64,000 nt of DNA from an uncultured Chloroflexia bacterium (GCA_963724295.1 CAVRUC010000013.1:320001-384000), one strand, 5' to 3'; shown: positions 40,930-52,670, numbered from the stretch's first letter. Made by a program: numbers and translations. Notes: a model not told the origin generated them from the sequence alone.

Positions 40930-41871
40930 GTGATGGGATCAATCGGGCGACGCCCACTTAAAGTCGGTCTGTTTCTCCCCTTATGGGAGGAGCGAACGAA
41001 CGGAACGGTTCCCTCCTGGACGGAAATCCTTGCGCGGGCGAAAGCAGCAGAGGCGGTGGGCGTCGACTCTCTTTGGGTGCCAGACCACCTTATCATCCAC
41101 TTTCCCGACACCGAGCCGGAAGGGGTTTGGGAGGGATGGTCGTTCCTGGCCGCTTTGGCTGCGTCGACGGAGCGGGTCGAGTTGGGTCAACTCGTCACGT
41201 GCACGGCCTTTCGTAACCCAGCCCTTCTAGCCAAGATGGCCGACACGGTCGATGAGATCAGCGGCGGCCGGCTGACACTGGGTCTTGGCGCCGGCTGGCA
41301 TGAGCCGGAGTTCCAGGCCTTCGGCTACCCCTTCGATCATCGCGTCAGCCGGTTTGAGGAGGCGGTTACCATCATCCACGGGCTGCTGAGGCAAGGGCAG
41401 ATCGACTTCGAGGGCACGTACTATCAGGCGCGAGATTGCGAGCTGCGTCCTCGCGGTCCTCGCACGGCAGGACCGCCGATCATGATCGGTGGCTCTGGTG
41501 CACGCGTGCTGGATCTGACGGCTCGTTTTGCCGACGTCTGGTCCCGGGATTTCGACAAGGTCAACCCGGAGCTCGTGCCTTTCTCGGCCGAGGATCTCGC
41601 CGCCTGGGGGCCACGGGTCGATGCGGCATGCGTCGAGGTCGGGCGTGACCCAGCGACTCTGGAGCGGACTGCCGCCGTGCTCATCGACCTGCCGATTGCG
41701 CCCGGACGGGAGGGTTGGGATGCGCTCACTGGTTCGCCGGAAGAACTCGCCGACGGACTGCGGAGTTACGCCAGTGCAGGCTTCAGCCACGTCCAAATCT
41801 GGCTGGAACCATCCACGATCGCGGGCATCGAAGCGTTCGCCCCGGCGCTGGAGCTGCTGGACGGTGGCTAG
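40930..41871 (+). CDS. LLM-class flavin-dependent oxidoreductase
   Basis: LWVPDHL, RNPALLAKMA.TVDEISGGR..LGLGAGW. Confidence 0.92.
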   Translation: MMGSIGRRPLKVGLFLPLWEERTNGTVPSWTEILARAKAAEAVGVDSLWVPDHLIIHFPDTEPEGVWEGWSFLAALAASTERVELGQLVTCTAFRNPALLAKMADTVDEISGGRLTLGLGAGWHEPEFQAFGYPFDHRVSRFEEAVTIIHGLLRQGQIDFEGTYYQARDCELRPRGPRTAGPPIMIGGSGARVLDLTARFADVWSRDFDKVNPELVPFSAEDLAAWGPRVDAACVEVGRDPATLERTAAVLIDLPIAPGREGWDALTGSPEELADGLRSYASAGFSHVQIWLEPSTIAGIEAFAPALELLDGG

Positions 41872-41889
41872 CGCGCACGCATCTGGCAA

Positions 41890-43233
41890 ATGGAAAGGCC
41901 GTCGCCCGTGACACCCGCGCCGCCCGTTCATCGCCTCTCGGTAACCTCTACCGGTCCGGGGCGCCGCAAGCTGCTGGAAGCCAGCATCGATACGCCGCGG
42001 GATGGCGGCACGAGCGGTGCCTGGGCAGTGCGCGTGCGCGGTCACCTCTTGAGCGAGGCCGGGCCCGTGCCGGAGATCACTGCCGTCGCTCCCGGCTCGG
42101 TACTAGCGAGGGCCATAACCGGACTTTCGACGCCAGAGGTCGCCGCGCGTTACCCGCAGGTGCCGGGGGCGGAGGCGTGCGGCTTCACGTTGCTGGTGGA
42201 CACGCTCGGTCTGCCACAGCGCTTCGAGTTCCGTCTGCGCGCGGCGCTGCCGGACGGCTCACGCGTGAAGTTCGCGGACATCAGCGGGGAGCGACGGCCG
42301 CTAACGACAGCGTACGCGCCGCGCTTGCAGCCGTTGCTGGTCACCTCGCTGGGGAGGATGGGCACGACCGTCCTGATGCGAATGCTCGCCGCGCATCCCG
42401 GGGTGGTCATCTACGACCGGCCGCCGTACGAGGTCCGCGCTGGCAAGTACTGGACGCACGTGCTGAAGACCCTGGCCGCGCCGACCGACGCCAGCAAGCG
42501 GGTCGGGGCGCCGATGGAGTTCCATCTCGAGCCGCTGGCCGCGGGCGGCAACCCCTTCTACTCCGCCGCGTTCGCGGCCTGGCCCGAGGTCGAGGCCTGG
42601 TCGGGCTCGACCTACGTCACGGACCTCGCCACATTCTGTCAGCGCAGCATCGATGGTTGGTATCTGGCTACCGCCGCGGCGCAGGGTGAGGGAGAAGACG
42701 CGCTGGTCTTCTTCGCCGAGAAGCACTTCCCTGATGCCTACCCGCGGCTGATGCGCGAGCTCTATCCCACGGCGCGGGAACTGTTCCTGGTCCGCGACTT
42801 CCGCGATATGGTGGCCTCGATGCGCGCCTACAACGCTCGCAAGGGATTTGGCGACTTCGGGCGGGAGACAGCCCAGAGCGACGCCGCCTGGCTGGCCAAT
42901 CTACGCCAGGGGGTCGTCGCCCTGCGCGATGCCTGGCGGGAGCGCGGCGACTCATCGATTCTGGTCCGCTACGAAGACCTCGTGCTCGACCCGCAAGCGA
43001 CACTGCCTCCGCTGCTGACCTCCATCGGGCTGGACACCGCGCCGGAGAGAGTGACCCACCTGATCGCCACCGCCACGGCGGACGTCCCCGAACTCCGCGG
43101 CCACGGCACGGCCGGCTCACCCGGCGCCTCAATTGGCCGCTGGCGCCACGATTTGCCACCCGAGCTGCAAGCGGCCGTCGCGGAGACGTTTGGCGATCTT
43201 CTCCAGGAGTTCGGCTACGCGTCGTCGGAATAG
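41890..43233 (+). CDS. Sulfotransferase family protein with N-terminal extra domain
   Basis: LGRMGTT (PAPS loop), LVRDFRD...S, VRYEDL, SIGRWR. Confidence 0.82.
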   Translation: MERPSPVTPAPPVHRLSVTSTGPGRRKLLEASIDTPRDGGTSGAWAVRVRGHLLSEAGPVPEITAVAPGSVLARAITGLSTPEVAARYPQVPGAEACGFTLLVDTLGLPQRFEFRLRAALPDGSRVKFADISGERRPLTTAYAPRLQPLLVTSLGRMGTTVLMRMLAAHPGVVIYDRPPYEVRAGKYWTHVLKTLAAPTDASKRVGAPMEFHLEPLAAGGNPFYSAAFAAWPEVEAWSGSTYVTDLATFCQRSIDGWYLATAAAQGEGEDALVFFAEKHFPDAYPRLMRELYPTARELFLVRDFRDMVASMRAYNARKGFGDFGRETAQSDAAWLANLRQGVVALRDAWRERGDSSILVRYEDLVLDPQATLPPLLTSIGLDTAPERVTHLIATATADVPELRGHGTAGSPGASIGRWRHDLPPELQAAVAETFGDLLQEFGYASSE

Positions 43234-43452
43234 TCGGCGCTCGCTCAGTGGCCGACCCTAGCCTCATGGAAACCAGTTTCATTGCGTTGGATAGGCGCGG
43301 GCAATGCCTTCAACTTGCAGTGCGTCGCCTTAACAGATGGCAGGCGCCACGGCACTTCAGAATCGCCTGACCATCGACGTAGACCGTGTTGCAAAACCGG
43401 GATTACAGCTAGTCACCCACACCAATGCCGCCGCTCCGTCCTGGTGCGCGGG

Positions 43453-44372
43453 CTAAGGCGCCGGGGCGAGGGCTTCCATCACGTCAACGGCGCGCTCCAT
43501 CTGGTCTGGCCCGACATCGAAGTTCGCCTCCAGGAAGAGTTCACCGACCCCGGCCTCGGCATACCGCTGCACATCCTCGCGGATCTCCGCCAGCGTGCCC
43601 CACAGCGGACGTCGCTCGCTGCCCCGCGACCGTGACTGGAGCCGGAATGAGCCACGACAGACGATCCGCAGCGTCTGGGGGTCCCGGCCGAGCGTCTGCC
43701 GCCGCCTCCGCGATCTGCTGGATCAGCGGCTGCACGCGATTGAGGGGCACATTGCCGCCGAGGAAGCCATCGCCCAAGGTTACGACGCGGTCAATCACTG
43801 TCTCGCCAAAGCCCCCAACCAGGATCGGCGGGTGCGGTTGCTGGAGAGGATGGGGTGCCACATGAGCGCGCGGAATATGGTAGAAGGCTCCCGGAAAACT
43901 CGACTGGATCCTCCGTCCAGATCGCCTTGAGGCAGCGCAGAAACTCGTCGGCGCGGCGGCCGCGCTGGCGAAAGGGCACACCGACGGCCTCGTACTCGTC
44001 TTCGGACCACCCGACACCCAGGCCAACATCCAGGCGGCCGCCCGAGACCAGGTCGAGGGTGGCTAGTTGCTTGGCGAGAAGAATCGGCGTGAAGTAGGGC
44101 ATGATCAGCACGGCCGTCCCGATGCGGATGGTCGTGGTCAGACCGGCAACGTAGGCGAGCGTCACCACGGGATCGACGACCCGCCCAAATGGCTTGGGCC
44201 ACGGCTGACCGGGCAGTGGAGGATAATCGCCCTTGGGCTGCACCGGATAGAGCAGCCGCTGCAGGACCCACAGCGAGTGGTAGCCGAGCGCTTCCGCTCG
44301 CTGCGCAATCTGCACTTGGTTCTGGGGCGTGGCCCACGCGCCCGCTACGGGGAGGGAGAACCCGAGCTGCAT
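43453..44372 (-). CDS. LLM-class (probably F420-dependent) oxidoreductase; frameshifts near 43891 and 43698
   Basis: MQLGFSLP..., LAKQLATLD..SGGRL; continues PHPPILVGG, then GRDPQTLRIVCRG...VMEALAPAP-stop across three frames. Confidence 0.8.
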
Positions 44373-44394
44373 TGCGCCGAACTCCATCGCTGCC

Positions 44395-45741
44395 TCAGCT
44401 CCCGCGCCGAATGCTCTGGTGGCTGAGGTAGGTATCACGCTCACCTCGTTCAAGACGTTGTTGATGTTGGTCAGGGCGTCTCCGCACCTGTGGCGCGACC
44501 TGGTTTCTTCCAGTTATCTGCGCACCCACATAGGCCGCATCCTCACCCACGCCGGTGAACAGGCCGGACTTCGCCGTGTGCAACCAGTCCAGCCCGAGGA
44601 TGAAGAGCCCCGGCACGCTCGTCACGCCGCGCCGCTGGACCGGGTACCCCTCCGCGTCGAGAACCGGCAACCGCACCCAGCTCAGGTCGGGCCGGTAGCC
44701 GGTGGCCCAGATAACGGTGCCGATCCCGGCCTGCGCTAGGTCCAACTCCGTCGGGGCTTGCTGGGCCAGCTCCACCGCCGATCTCCGCTCGGCGGGCTGC
44801 TCCGCCGCGGGCGCGTCCAGCCCCCGCTCGCGAATGTGCTCATCGATCGTCCGGAGGCGTACCCCCGCCTGCTCCTCGCCCCACTCGAGGATCTCGGCCA
44901 GGTCCGGGGCGAGGAAGAGTTTCCCGTCATGGATGCCGCGGAGGCGGCCCAGCAGCACCACGCCCTCCGCTGCCAACGTGTGCACGTTGAGATCCCGTCC
45001 GCCGCCGCTGCCGGTGAACTGCGGATTCGGCAGGCCAGCCCGGGCGCCGGGCGGGAGGCCGTCAACGGTGCGGTCGAACCAGCCGATGTCGCGCAGCCAG
45101 AGCGCGACGTCCCGGCCGCGATAGCGGCGCGGCGCCCACCAACTCCGGCCGCATGAGAGGTAGACCGGTCGCCCGGAGCGCCGCAGCTCCTCGGCGATCT
45201 GGCAGCCCGCCTGGCCGCTGCCGACCACCAACGCCGCACCGGGAGGCAGCTGTTGCGGGTTGCGGTAGGCGTAGGGGACGAGCTGCGCCACGTGGGCGGG
45301 CAGCTCCGCGGCATACGGCGGAATGAGGGGCCGCTGCAGCGCGCCGGTGGCGATGACGACCTGGGCTGCGTCGTAGGTCACGTCGTCGGTCCGTACGAGG
45401 AAACCAGCGCCATCCGGGCCGGGCTCCAGCGCAGTCACCCGCACCCCCTCGCGCACCGGCGCGCCGAACGAGCGGGCGTAGGCCTCCAGGTGGCCTACCA
45501 CCTCGTCCTTGCCCATGAAGCCGTCGGGGTCGTCGCCTGCGTAGGGGAATCCCGGGAGTGCCATCGTCCGGTTCGGACTGACCAGACACAGCGAGTCCCA
45601 CCGCTGGCTGCGCCAGCTCTCGGCGATGCGGCCTTGCTCGAGCACGACGTGGGGTCGACCCTGTTCAGTCAGGTAGTAGCTCATGGCCAGCCCGGCCTGG
45701 CCACCGCCGATGATGACGATCTCCATCTGCTCAATGCTCAT
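44395..45741 (-). CDS. Flavin-containing monooxygenase / FAD-NAD(P) oxidoreductase
   Basis: IGGGQAG, WDSL, VVGSGQAG.QIAEEL, WATGYRPD. Confidence 0.88.
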   Translation of the reverse strand: MSIEQMEIVIIGGGQAGLAMSYYLTEQGRPHVVLEQGRIAESWRSQRWDSLCLVSPNRTMALPGFPYAGDDPDGFMGKDEVVGHLEAYARSFGAPVREGVRVTALEPGPDGAGFLVRTDDVTYDAAQVVIATGALQRPLIPPYAAELPAHVAQLVPYAYRNPQQLPPGAALVVGSGQAGCQIAEELRRSGRPVYLSCGRSWWAPRRYRGRDVALWLRDIGWFDRTVDGLPPGARAGLPNPQFTGSGGGRDLNVHTLAAEGVVLLGRLRGIHDGKLFLAPDLAEILEWGEEQAGVRLRTIDEHIRERGLDAPAAEQPAERRSAVELAQQAPTELDLAQAGIGTVIWATGYRPDLSWVRLPVLDAEGYPVQRRGVTSVPGLFILGLDWLHTAKSGLFTGVGEDAAYVGAQITGRNQVAPQVRRRPDQHQQRLERGERDTYLSHQSIRRGS

Positions 45742-45995
45742 GGGGATCCTCGCTTTCGCTGGGACGGCAATGCTGGATCGGACAGCGCGACACGTAGGAA
45801 CGGGGAGAGCGGTATGTGAAACCGGTTCATGGAACATCCCTCCTGGGACTCGGCCAGCCGCGTGCTGTGCCGGGGTCCGGAGGGGCGTTATGCCGGTTGA
45901 CGTCCGAACCCACTCTCCACTCTAGCGAGCGACCAACTGCGTTCAAGTCCGATTATTGGACCGAGTTGGTCACTGTCTCGTGCGATACTCTTGCC

Positions 45996-46685
45996 ATGCG
46001 CGGGTACGGGCAGTTCTGCCCCATTGCTTTGGCCTCGGAAATTTTCGCGGAGCGTTGGACCCCCCTCGTCGTCCGCGAACTCTTTTGCGGCAGCCACCAT
46101 TTCAACGAGCTGCTCCACGGCCTGCCGCGCATTCCCCGGTCGATCCTGGTGCAACGCCTTCGCGTCCTCGAGGGCGCGGGCGTGGTTGAGCGCCGCGTTG
46201 ATGCGGGAGGTCGCGGCGTGGAATACCATCTGACGGCGATTGGGGTGGAGCTTGGTGATGTCGTGCTGCGGCTTGGAGATTGGGGCAAGCGCTGGGCCGA
46301 CACCGAGATCGCACCCGGCAATCTCAACCCCGATCTGCTGATCTGGGACATTCATCGCCGTTTGAACAGCGAACACATGCCGGAGCAGCGGGTCGTAGTC
46401 CAGATCGGTCTCCACGGCGCCAACCTGAAGAACTACTGGATGGTGGTGGAGCGTCCGGTGGTCTCGGTCTGCTGGACCGATCCTGGATTTGCGGTCGATC
46501 TCCGAGTTCAGGCCGACTCCGTTGCCTTGCACCGCGTCTGGGAAGGGCAGCTTGAGCTCGCTTTGGCGTTGCAACAGGGGCTGATCGCATTGGAAGGTCC
46601 GCCCGACCTGTGCCGCGCGTTCCCGCGATGGCTCAAGCTAAGTCATTTCGTCGAGCGCGCCCGGGATGCCGCGGTGTCAGGGTGA
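45996..46685 (+). CDS. HxlR-family winged-helix regulator with C-terminal SCP2-like domain
   Basis: YGQFCPIALASE...ERWT.L..REL. Confidence 0.88.
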   Translation: MRGYGQFCPIALASEIFAERWTPLVVRELFCGSHHFNELLHGLPRIPRSILVQRLRVLEGAGVVERRVDAGGRGVEYHLTAIGVELGDVVLRLGDWGKRWADTEIAPGNLNPDLLIWDIHRRLNSEHMPEQRVVVQIGLHGANLKNYWMVVERPVVSVCWTDPGFAVDLRVQADSVALHRVWEGQLELALALQQGLIALEGPPDLCRAFPRWLKLSHFVERARDAAVSG

Positions 46686-46950
46686 CGCGGTTGTAAGGGA
46701 CGGCGCGTTGCGGGTAACCCGCGCACACACGCATGGCGCTTTCATCACTCACGACTCATTACCCCTTATCACCCTCGCGAGAACGTCTCGTGCCTGCGCC
46801 TTGTCGATCTGCATCTGGGCAATGAGGTCTTTACACGGAAGGCGCGCAGGGTTTCCACGTCTTGAGTGGGCATACTGCCCAGCTTGCCAGAACGACCGGC
46901 GGACGGCCAACATTACCGACTGTCGTGCCGTCTCGGGCTAAATCACAAGC

Positions 46951-47343
46951 TCAGCCTGCGACCGGTGTGCAGATCTCGACGAGCATCCCCTCCGGATCAC
47001 GCACGTAGGCGACAGTTTGACCCCACGGTTTGGTCGTCGGCGGGGAGACGACGATCGCTCCGGCCGATAGCGCGGTATCCCAGGCCGCGGCAACATCGTC
47101 CGTGACGAAGCCGATCTCGACGCCGACCGGTGGCTCCGCCGGGTCATTGCGGCGGTACCCGCCGGGGATGAACTCGCCAACCAGGCTGTGCCTGGCAAAT
47201 GAGAGCGTGGTGTCGCCGGTCTCCATCTCGCCATAGGTTGCGTCGTCGGCAACGAAGCGGCGAGTGAGCCCGAAGGCGCGCTCGTAGAAGTCGATCGCCC
47301 GTTCGACATCGTCGACGTAGAGAATCGTGTATCCGAACCGCAT
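46951..47343 (-). CDS. VOC/glyoxalase family protein
   Basis: YTILYV.DV..AI.FY, KPWGQTVAYVRDPEG.LVEI. Confidence 0.92.
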   Translation of the reverse strand: MRFGYTILYVDDVERAIDFYERAFGLTRRFVADDATYGEMETGDTTLSFARHSLVGEFIPGGYRRNDPAEPPVGVEIGFVTDDVAAAWDTALSAGAIVVSPPTTKPWGQTVAYVRDPEGMLVEICTPVAG

Positions 47344-47555
47344 GCTCTGTCCTCCGAACATCTGTGCGAGACAACCGCCGTACTCTACCCGATAACAACT
47401 GCTCATTTGGCGACGATATTCCCGCATGACCTGACTTGCGGCGCCGCTTGGAGGCCTCAGTCACTGGGCCAACGGGCGGTATCGGCTGCCCGGATATCCC
47501 ATCACGCGTACTATTGCCCGTCGATGCCGGTGCGAAGCGCATCAGATCCATCAAG

Positions 47556-50270
47556 ATGGAGAAGCCCAGGCCTGTGAAGGGACGGATCGAGCGGCCGGCT
47601 TGGCTCCGCTATGGCGCCGCGATGCTGCTCGTCGCGCTTGCCAGCGTATCGACGAACGCCCTGCAGCAGTGGCTCTGGCCGACCCCGCTCGCCGCGTTCT
47701 ATATCGTCATCGTGCTTGCAGTCTGGTATGGCGGCCTCGGTCCCGCCCTGCTCGCTCTCGGGTTGTCCCTACCGGCAATCGCCGTCTGGGCATTCCAGCC
47801 GGTAACGGTCTGGTCCCTCGGTTGGAGCGAGGTGAGTCGCCTCCTCACCTTTGTCATTGTTTCCTTGCTGATCACCGCACTCAGCGTCAGCCGGGACCGC
47901 GCCGAGGACGCGCTACGAGGGAGCGAGCGCCGCTTCCGCACCATTCTGGAGACCGCCAATGAGGGCATCTGGTTGATCGGTCATGATGCGCGCACGCATT
48001 ACGCCAACGACCGGATGGCCACGCTGCTGGGCACCACGCCCGAGCGCATCGCCGCGGCCACGCTCCTCGACTTCGTCTTTCCCGAGGACGTGCCGGCCGC
48101 GCGGGAATGGATCGACAACAACCTCGCCGGACGGTCGGAGGAGTTCGACTTCCGGTTCCGCCGCGCCGACGGCGAGGAAGTGCTTGTCGTCGCCGGCACG
48201 AGTCCCGTGCGTGACGGTTCGGGCCGGGTCGCCGCTGCGCTTGGTCTCTTCACCGACGTCACGGCGCGCCGCGAGGCCGAAGCCGCGCTGACCCGCGCCA
48301 ACGAGCGCTTCGCTCTGGCCGCCGACGCCGTGCAGGCGCTCATTTACGAATGGGATCCAGCGACAGGAAAGGTGGAGCGCAGCTCCGGCCTGTTCCCCCT
48401 TCTGGGCTATCGCCCGGACGAGGTTCCCGCCGACAAGGAGTGGTGGGAAAAGCAAATCCATCCCGAAGATCGGGAGCGCGTCACGGCCCGGACGGTGGAC
48501 GACGCAGAGAGCGAGCGGTACTCGTCCGAATACCGAGTGATGCATCGAGACGGCCGCTGGATCACGGTCTGGGATCAGGGCCGGATGGTACACGGTGAGA
48601 ACGGCGAAGTCACGCGCGTGATTGGCAGCACGATCGACATTACCGCACGCGCGGAAGCGGAAGATGCCCTGCGCCTGCTGGACGAGGCGGGACGGGCGTT
48701 GGCCTCGTCGCTCGATTACGAGCAGACCTTGCAGCGAGTAGCCTGGTTGGCGGTGCCGGAGTTTGCGGATTGGTGTGTGGTCGACCTCCTCGATGAGGAG
48801 GGCGTTGTCCGCCGCGTCGCCGTGGCGCATGCTGATCCCCACCAAGCGGCATTGGCGACAACGCTTTTGCGGTACTCACCGTCCTTGCACAGCGACGGAC
48901 CACAAGAACAGGTTATTCGGACCGGTTCCTCGCTATGGCTGGAGACAGTCACCGGCGAGCTCATCGAGTCCGCCGCTCAGAGTGCCGAGCACCTCGAGGT
49001 TCTCCGTTCCATCGATGTCTGTTCAGCGATCGTCGCGCCATTGTCGGCGGGAGGCGCGGTCCATGGAGCGTTGACGCTCTTCACGACGGCGATCTCGCAT
49101 CGCCGTTTCGACGCAGACGACCGTGCGCTGGCCGAGCAGCTTGCCCGCCGCTCGGCGGTGGCCATCCAGAACGCGCGGCTCTACCGCAATGCGCAAGCCG
49201 CCGAGGCGCGCTATCGTGGACTCTTCGAAGGCACCAAAGACGGCATTATCGTGTTCGACCCGAACGGCACGTGTGTCGACGTCAACCCGGCAATGCTGAC
49301 GATGGTCGGGTATGACCGGCCGGAACTGGTTGGTCGCGCGGCGACGCTCGTGGCTTGCGGGGGGCCATGGGCCGGCGAGGAAGGCGAGCGGCTGCGGCGC
49401 GACGGGCAATGGCGCGGGGATTTCGAGCTGCGGCGCAAGAACGGAGCGCTGGTGCCGGTCGAATCGTCGATCACGTCGGTGCAGCTTCCCACTGGGTCGG
49501 TCTATGTCGGCGTCCTGCGCGACGTCTCCGAGCGGAGGCGATTCGAACAGCTTCAGGAGGAGTTCCTCTCCGCTCTGGCCCATGACCTGATGAATCCCTT
49601 GACCACCGTGCGCGGTCAGACGCAGATCCTGCGCCGGCGGATCGGTCGCGGTGAACCTCTCGACGAGGGGCGCCTCAGTGCCGGGCTAGAGAGCATCGAT
49701 ATCGCCTCGACGCGCATGACCCGGCTGCTCGACGAGCTAGCGGACGTGATGCGCTTGCGGTCCGGACACGAGATCGATCTGCACCGGGAATCAACCGATC
49801 TGGTAGCGCTGACGCGGCGGACCGCCACGGAGCAAGACCGGATCACGGAGCGACATACCATTCACCTCGAATCCGCGGTGGACGAGTTGACCGGGTTCTG
49901 GGATGGCCCCCGCCTGGAGCGGGTCCTGGGCAACCTGCTGGGCAATGCCATCAAGTACAGCCCGGATGGCGGCGAGATTACCGTCCGTATCGAGTGCGAA
50001 GGGAATGACGATGCCGGGGTGGCCGTCCTCAGCGTCGAGGATCGCGGTGTGGGCATTCCGGCGGGGGATCTGAGTCACATCTTCGAGCCGTTCCGGCGTG
50101 CCGGGAACGTCGAGAGCTTTGCCGGCAGCGGCATCGGCCTGGCGGGGGCCAAGCGGATCGTCGAGCTCCACGGCGGGACCATCGCGGTCAAGAGCAGTGA
50201 GGGGCAGGGAAGCACATTTACGGTTCGCCTCCCCATCGCCGCGGATGATCAGGTGCGCAACATCCGGTAG
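47556..50270 (+). CDS. Membrane PAS-PAS-GAF-PAS sensor histidine kinase
   Basis: DUF4118-like TM N-terminus, three PAS/PAC, GAF, LAHDLMNPL, NAIKYS, GSGIGL. Confidence 0.92.
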   Translation: MEKPRPVKGRIERPAWLRYGAAMLLVALASVSTNALQQWLWPTPLAAFYIVIVLAVWYGGLGPALLALGLSLPAIAVWAFQPVTVWSLGWSEVSRLLTFVIVSLLITALSVSRDRAEDALRGSERRFRTILETANEGIWLIGHDARTHYANDRMATLLGTTPERIAAATLLDFVFPEDVPAAREWIDNNLAGRSEEFDFRFRRADGEEVLVVAGTSPVRDGSGRVAAALGLFTDVTARREAEAALTRANERFALAADAVQALIYEWDPATGKVERSSGLFPLLGYRPDEVPADKEWWEKQIHPEDRERVTARTVDDAESERYSSEYRVMHRDGRWITVWDQGRMVHGENGEVTRVIGSTIDITARAEAEDALRLLDEAGRALASSLDYEQTLQRVAWLAVPEFADWCVVDLLDEEGVVRRVAVAHADPHQAALATTLLRYSPSLHSDGPQEQVIRTGSSLWLETVTGELIESAAQSAEHLEVLRSIDVCSAIVAPLSAGGAVHGALTLFTTAISHRRFDADDRALAEQLARRSAVAIQNARLYRNAQAAEARYRGLFEGTKDGIIVFDPNGTCVDVNPAMLTMVGYDRPELVGRAATLVACGGPWAGEEGERLRRDGQWRGDFELRRKNGALVPVESSITSVQLPTGSVYVGVLRDVSERRRFEQLQEEFLSALAHDLMNPLTTVRGQTQILRRRIGRGEPLDEGRLSAGLESIDIASTRMTRLLDELADVMRLRSGHEIDLHRESTDLVALTRRTATEQDRITERHTIHLESAVDELTGFWDGPRLERVLGNLLGNAIKYSPDGGEITVRIECEGNDDAGVAVLSVEDRGVGIPAGDLSHIFEPFRRAGNVESFAGSGIGLAGAKRIVELHGGTIAVKSSEGQGSTFTVRLPIAADDQVRNIR

Positions 50271-51550
50271 TGGCGGGCGATGAGCCCGATGCCGACCAGC
50301 GCCAGGGCGCAGGCGCCGGCGGTGGCCAGCGGCGCGCCGATCCGCTCGGCTATCACGCCGACGGCCAGTTGCCCGAAGGGAAGCATGCCCCAGGTGGCCA
50401 GGTAGATCGAAAGCACCCGTCCCCGCACGTCATCGTCGACCCGCAGCTGCAATGCCGTCTGGGCCAGCGCCATGAAGGCAGCGCTCATGCCTCCGGCCGC
50501 GAACAGCAGTAACACCACCAGAGGAAGGTTCGACGTCAACGCGAAGACCAGCACCAGCGCGGTAAACGTGGCGGCAGTCACCACCTGGGCACGAGACCAC
50601 GATCCGAGTCTGCGCGAAGCCGCAACGGCGAGCGCGCCGGCGACCGTCCCCAGGCCAGTGCTGGCCAGCAGCAGCCCCAGCCCTGCCGAGCCAATGCCCA
50701 ACACATCCCGGGCGAAGACCGGCATCATCGTGATGTACGGCATCACCAGGACGTTGGTCGTGACCGCCAACAAGATCAAGCTGGAGAGGAACGCGTCCCG
50801 GGCCACGATGCGCAACCCGAGCGTCAAGCTGGCCCACACCGACCCGCCGCGGGCGGTTCTCGCCGGTGAGCCGGCCGGCAGCTGGAGGGTCGTCGCGAGG
50901 GCCAGAATCTGCAGCACGGCCGCCACCGCGAACGTGCCCGCGATGCCGATGACGGCGATCAACACCCCGGCCAGGGCCGGTCCGGTCACACGGCAGGCAT
51001 TCTGGACCGCGGCATTGAGCGCCACGGCGTTGGCAAGATCGCCGCGATCGACAAGCATCGTCACGATGGTGGTACGAGTCGGGAAGATGAACGACATGGC
51101 CGTGCCGTAGGCGGCCACCAGCACCAGGGTCGACCACGGCGCGATCGCGCCCGTGCCGACCAGCAGCGCGAACACCGCCGCGAGCGCCATCACGGCGAAC
51201 TGGGCCACCAGAAGGACCGTGCGCCGGTTATAGCGATCGATCATCACGCCGGCTGGCAAGGAAACCACGAGCAGGGGTATGCCGCCGACAAAGCCCGTCA
51301 ATCCCACGAACAGGGGGGAGTCCATCAACTGCAGAGCAAGCCAACCGACACAGACCTGGTACATCCAGAAGGCGGAGTTCGTGGCCAGCGTTCCCAGCAT
51401 CAGCATCCGGAACGCGGGGTACATTCGCAACGAGTGCGACACGCCGCCCGAGTCCGGGGAAGGGGTCATCTCCGGCAGGGAGCGACGCCTCACCGGGATT
51501 CGATCCAGTACCTGGTTCCCCATGAATCCTTTGCCCGCTCCCAGGATCAC
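50249..51550 (-). CDS. MFS transporter
   Basis: About 12 TM segments, DRYNRR, RGRVLS; start uncertain. Confidence 0.88.
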   Translation of the reverse strand: MILGAGKGFMGNQVLDRIPVRRRSLPEMTPSPDSGGVSHSLRMYPAFRMLMLGTLATNSAFWMYQVCVGWLALQLMDSPLFVGLTGFVGGIPLLVVSLPAGVMIDRYNRRTVLLVAQFAVMALAAVFALLVGTGAIAPWSTLVLVAAYGTAMSFIFPTRTTIVTMLVDRGDLANAVALNAAVQNACRVTGPALAGVLIAVIGIAGTFAVAAVLQILALATTLQLPAGSPARTARGGSVWASLTLGLRIVARDAFLSSLILLAVTTNVLVMPYITMMPVFARDVLGIGSAGLGLLLASTGLGTVAGALAVAASRRLGSWSRAQVVTAATFTALVLVFALTSNLPLVVLLLFAAGGMSAAFMALAQTALQLRVDDDVRGRVLSIYLATWGMLPFGQLAVGVIAERIGAPLATAGACALALVGIGLIARHYRMLRT

Positions 51551-51587
51551 GTGCTCTCGTATCGTGAAGCTCAGATCACCCGATGGC

Positions 51588-52665
51588 TCACGCCGGGCGG
51601 CTGTCCCAACGGAAGAAGCGTACCGAGATTGCCATGGCGATGATGAAAGTGAGCATCAAGCGCGAGGAGATCCAGCCAGATCGCGCTGAAGCCGTTGCCA
51701 AACGCCATCGGCTCGCGCAGCGCGTCGACCAGGTAGGGCAGCGGCAGCACCTTCGTGATCGGACGCAGCCAGGCAGGCGCATTCTCCATACTGAAGAAGA
51801 TGCCCGACAGAAAGAGCATGGGGAAGGTGACGAGGTTGGCGTAGCTCGCCGCGGTCTCGGTGTTCGGCGCGATCCCGGAGATGGCAAACCCGATTGCCAG
51901 GAACGCCAACGCTCCGGCGGCGATGGCCACCAGCAGCACCAGGGGATTCCCGCGCAGATGGAGTCCGAAGAACGCCCACGCCATTCCGATCAGGATCACC
52001 GCCTGGAGTCCAGCCACCAGCAGCTGCGAGATGATCCGCGCCAGGATGAACGAGGTGAGCGGGAACGGCGTAACCCGGACGCGACGCAGGATACCGCGCT
52101 CGCGATAGGTGACGAACGCGGTCGCCAGCCCGATCACGCCGGAGTTCATCAGGCTCATGGCCAGGATACCGGGCACGAAGACGTCCATGAACGAGACATC
52201 CTGGGCCGTGACCGCTCGTTCCTCGATCGACACCGGGGGCGGACCACCCGCCACGTCGATCAACGTCTGGCGGACCGCCCCGACCGCCACCTGCGAGATC
52301 GGCCCCTCCGTCGCGTTGTAATAGAGGATCACCGCCGGCAGGTCCTCGGCGCTCCCGCCCGTCTCAGCGGCGAAGACCGCCACCACACCGCGGTCCCCGT
52401 CCGCGAGCGCCTGCAGCTCATCCGCCTCGTCGCCGAGTGAGACCGTGAAGCTGGGATTGGACTGCAAGGCGGCAACCACCGCGTCGCGGTAGGCCGACTC
52501 CGGACCCGCTACGCCGACGTCGAACTCGACCGTCGGGCCACGGCCGAAGACGACGCCGAAGATGACGATGAAGAGAGCCGGGAAGGCAAGATTCCAGAAG
52601 AGCGCCGCGCGGTTGCGCAGGCTCATCTTCAGGTTGGCGCGGACCATGGCGAGAAGAGCGGTCAT
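51588..52665 (-). CDS. ABC-2 type exporter permease; frameshift near 51657
   Basis: FWNLAFP, VPGIL, RERGILRR, FLSGIFF; typical C-terminus (RFFRWD) lies in a shifted frame. Confidence 0.87.
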
Positions 52666-52670
52666 GACGG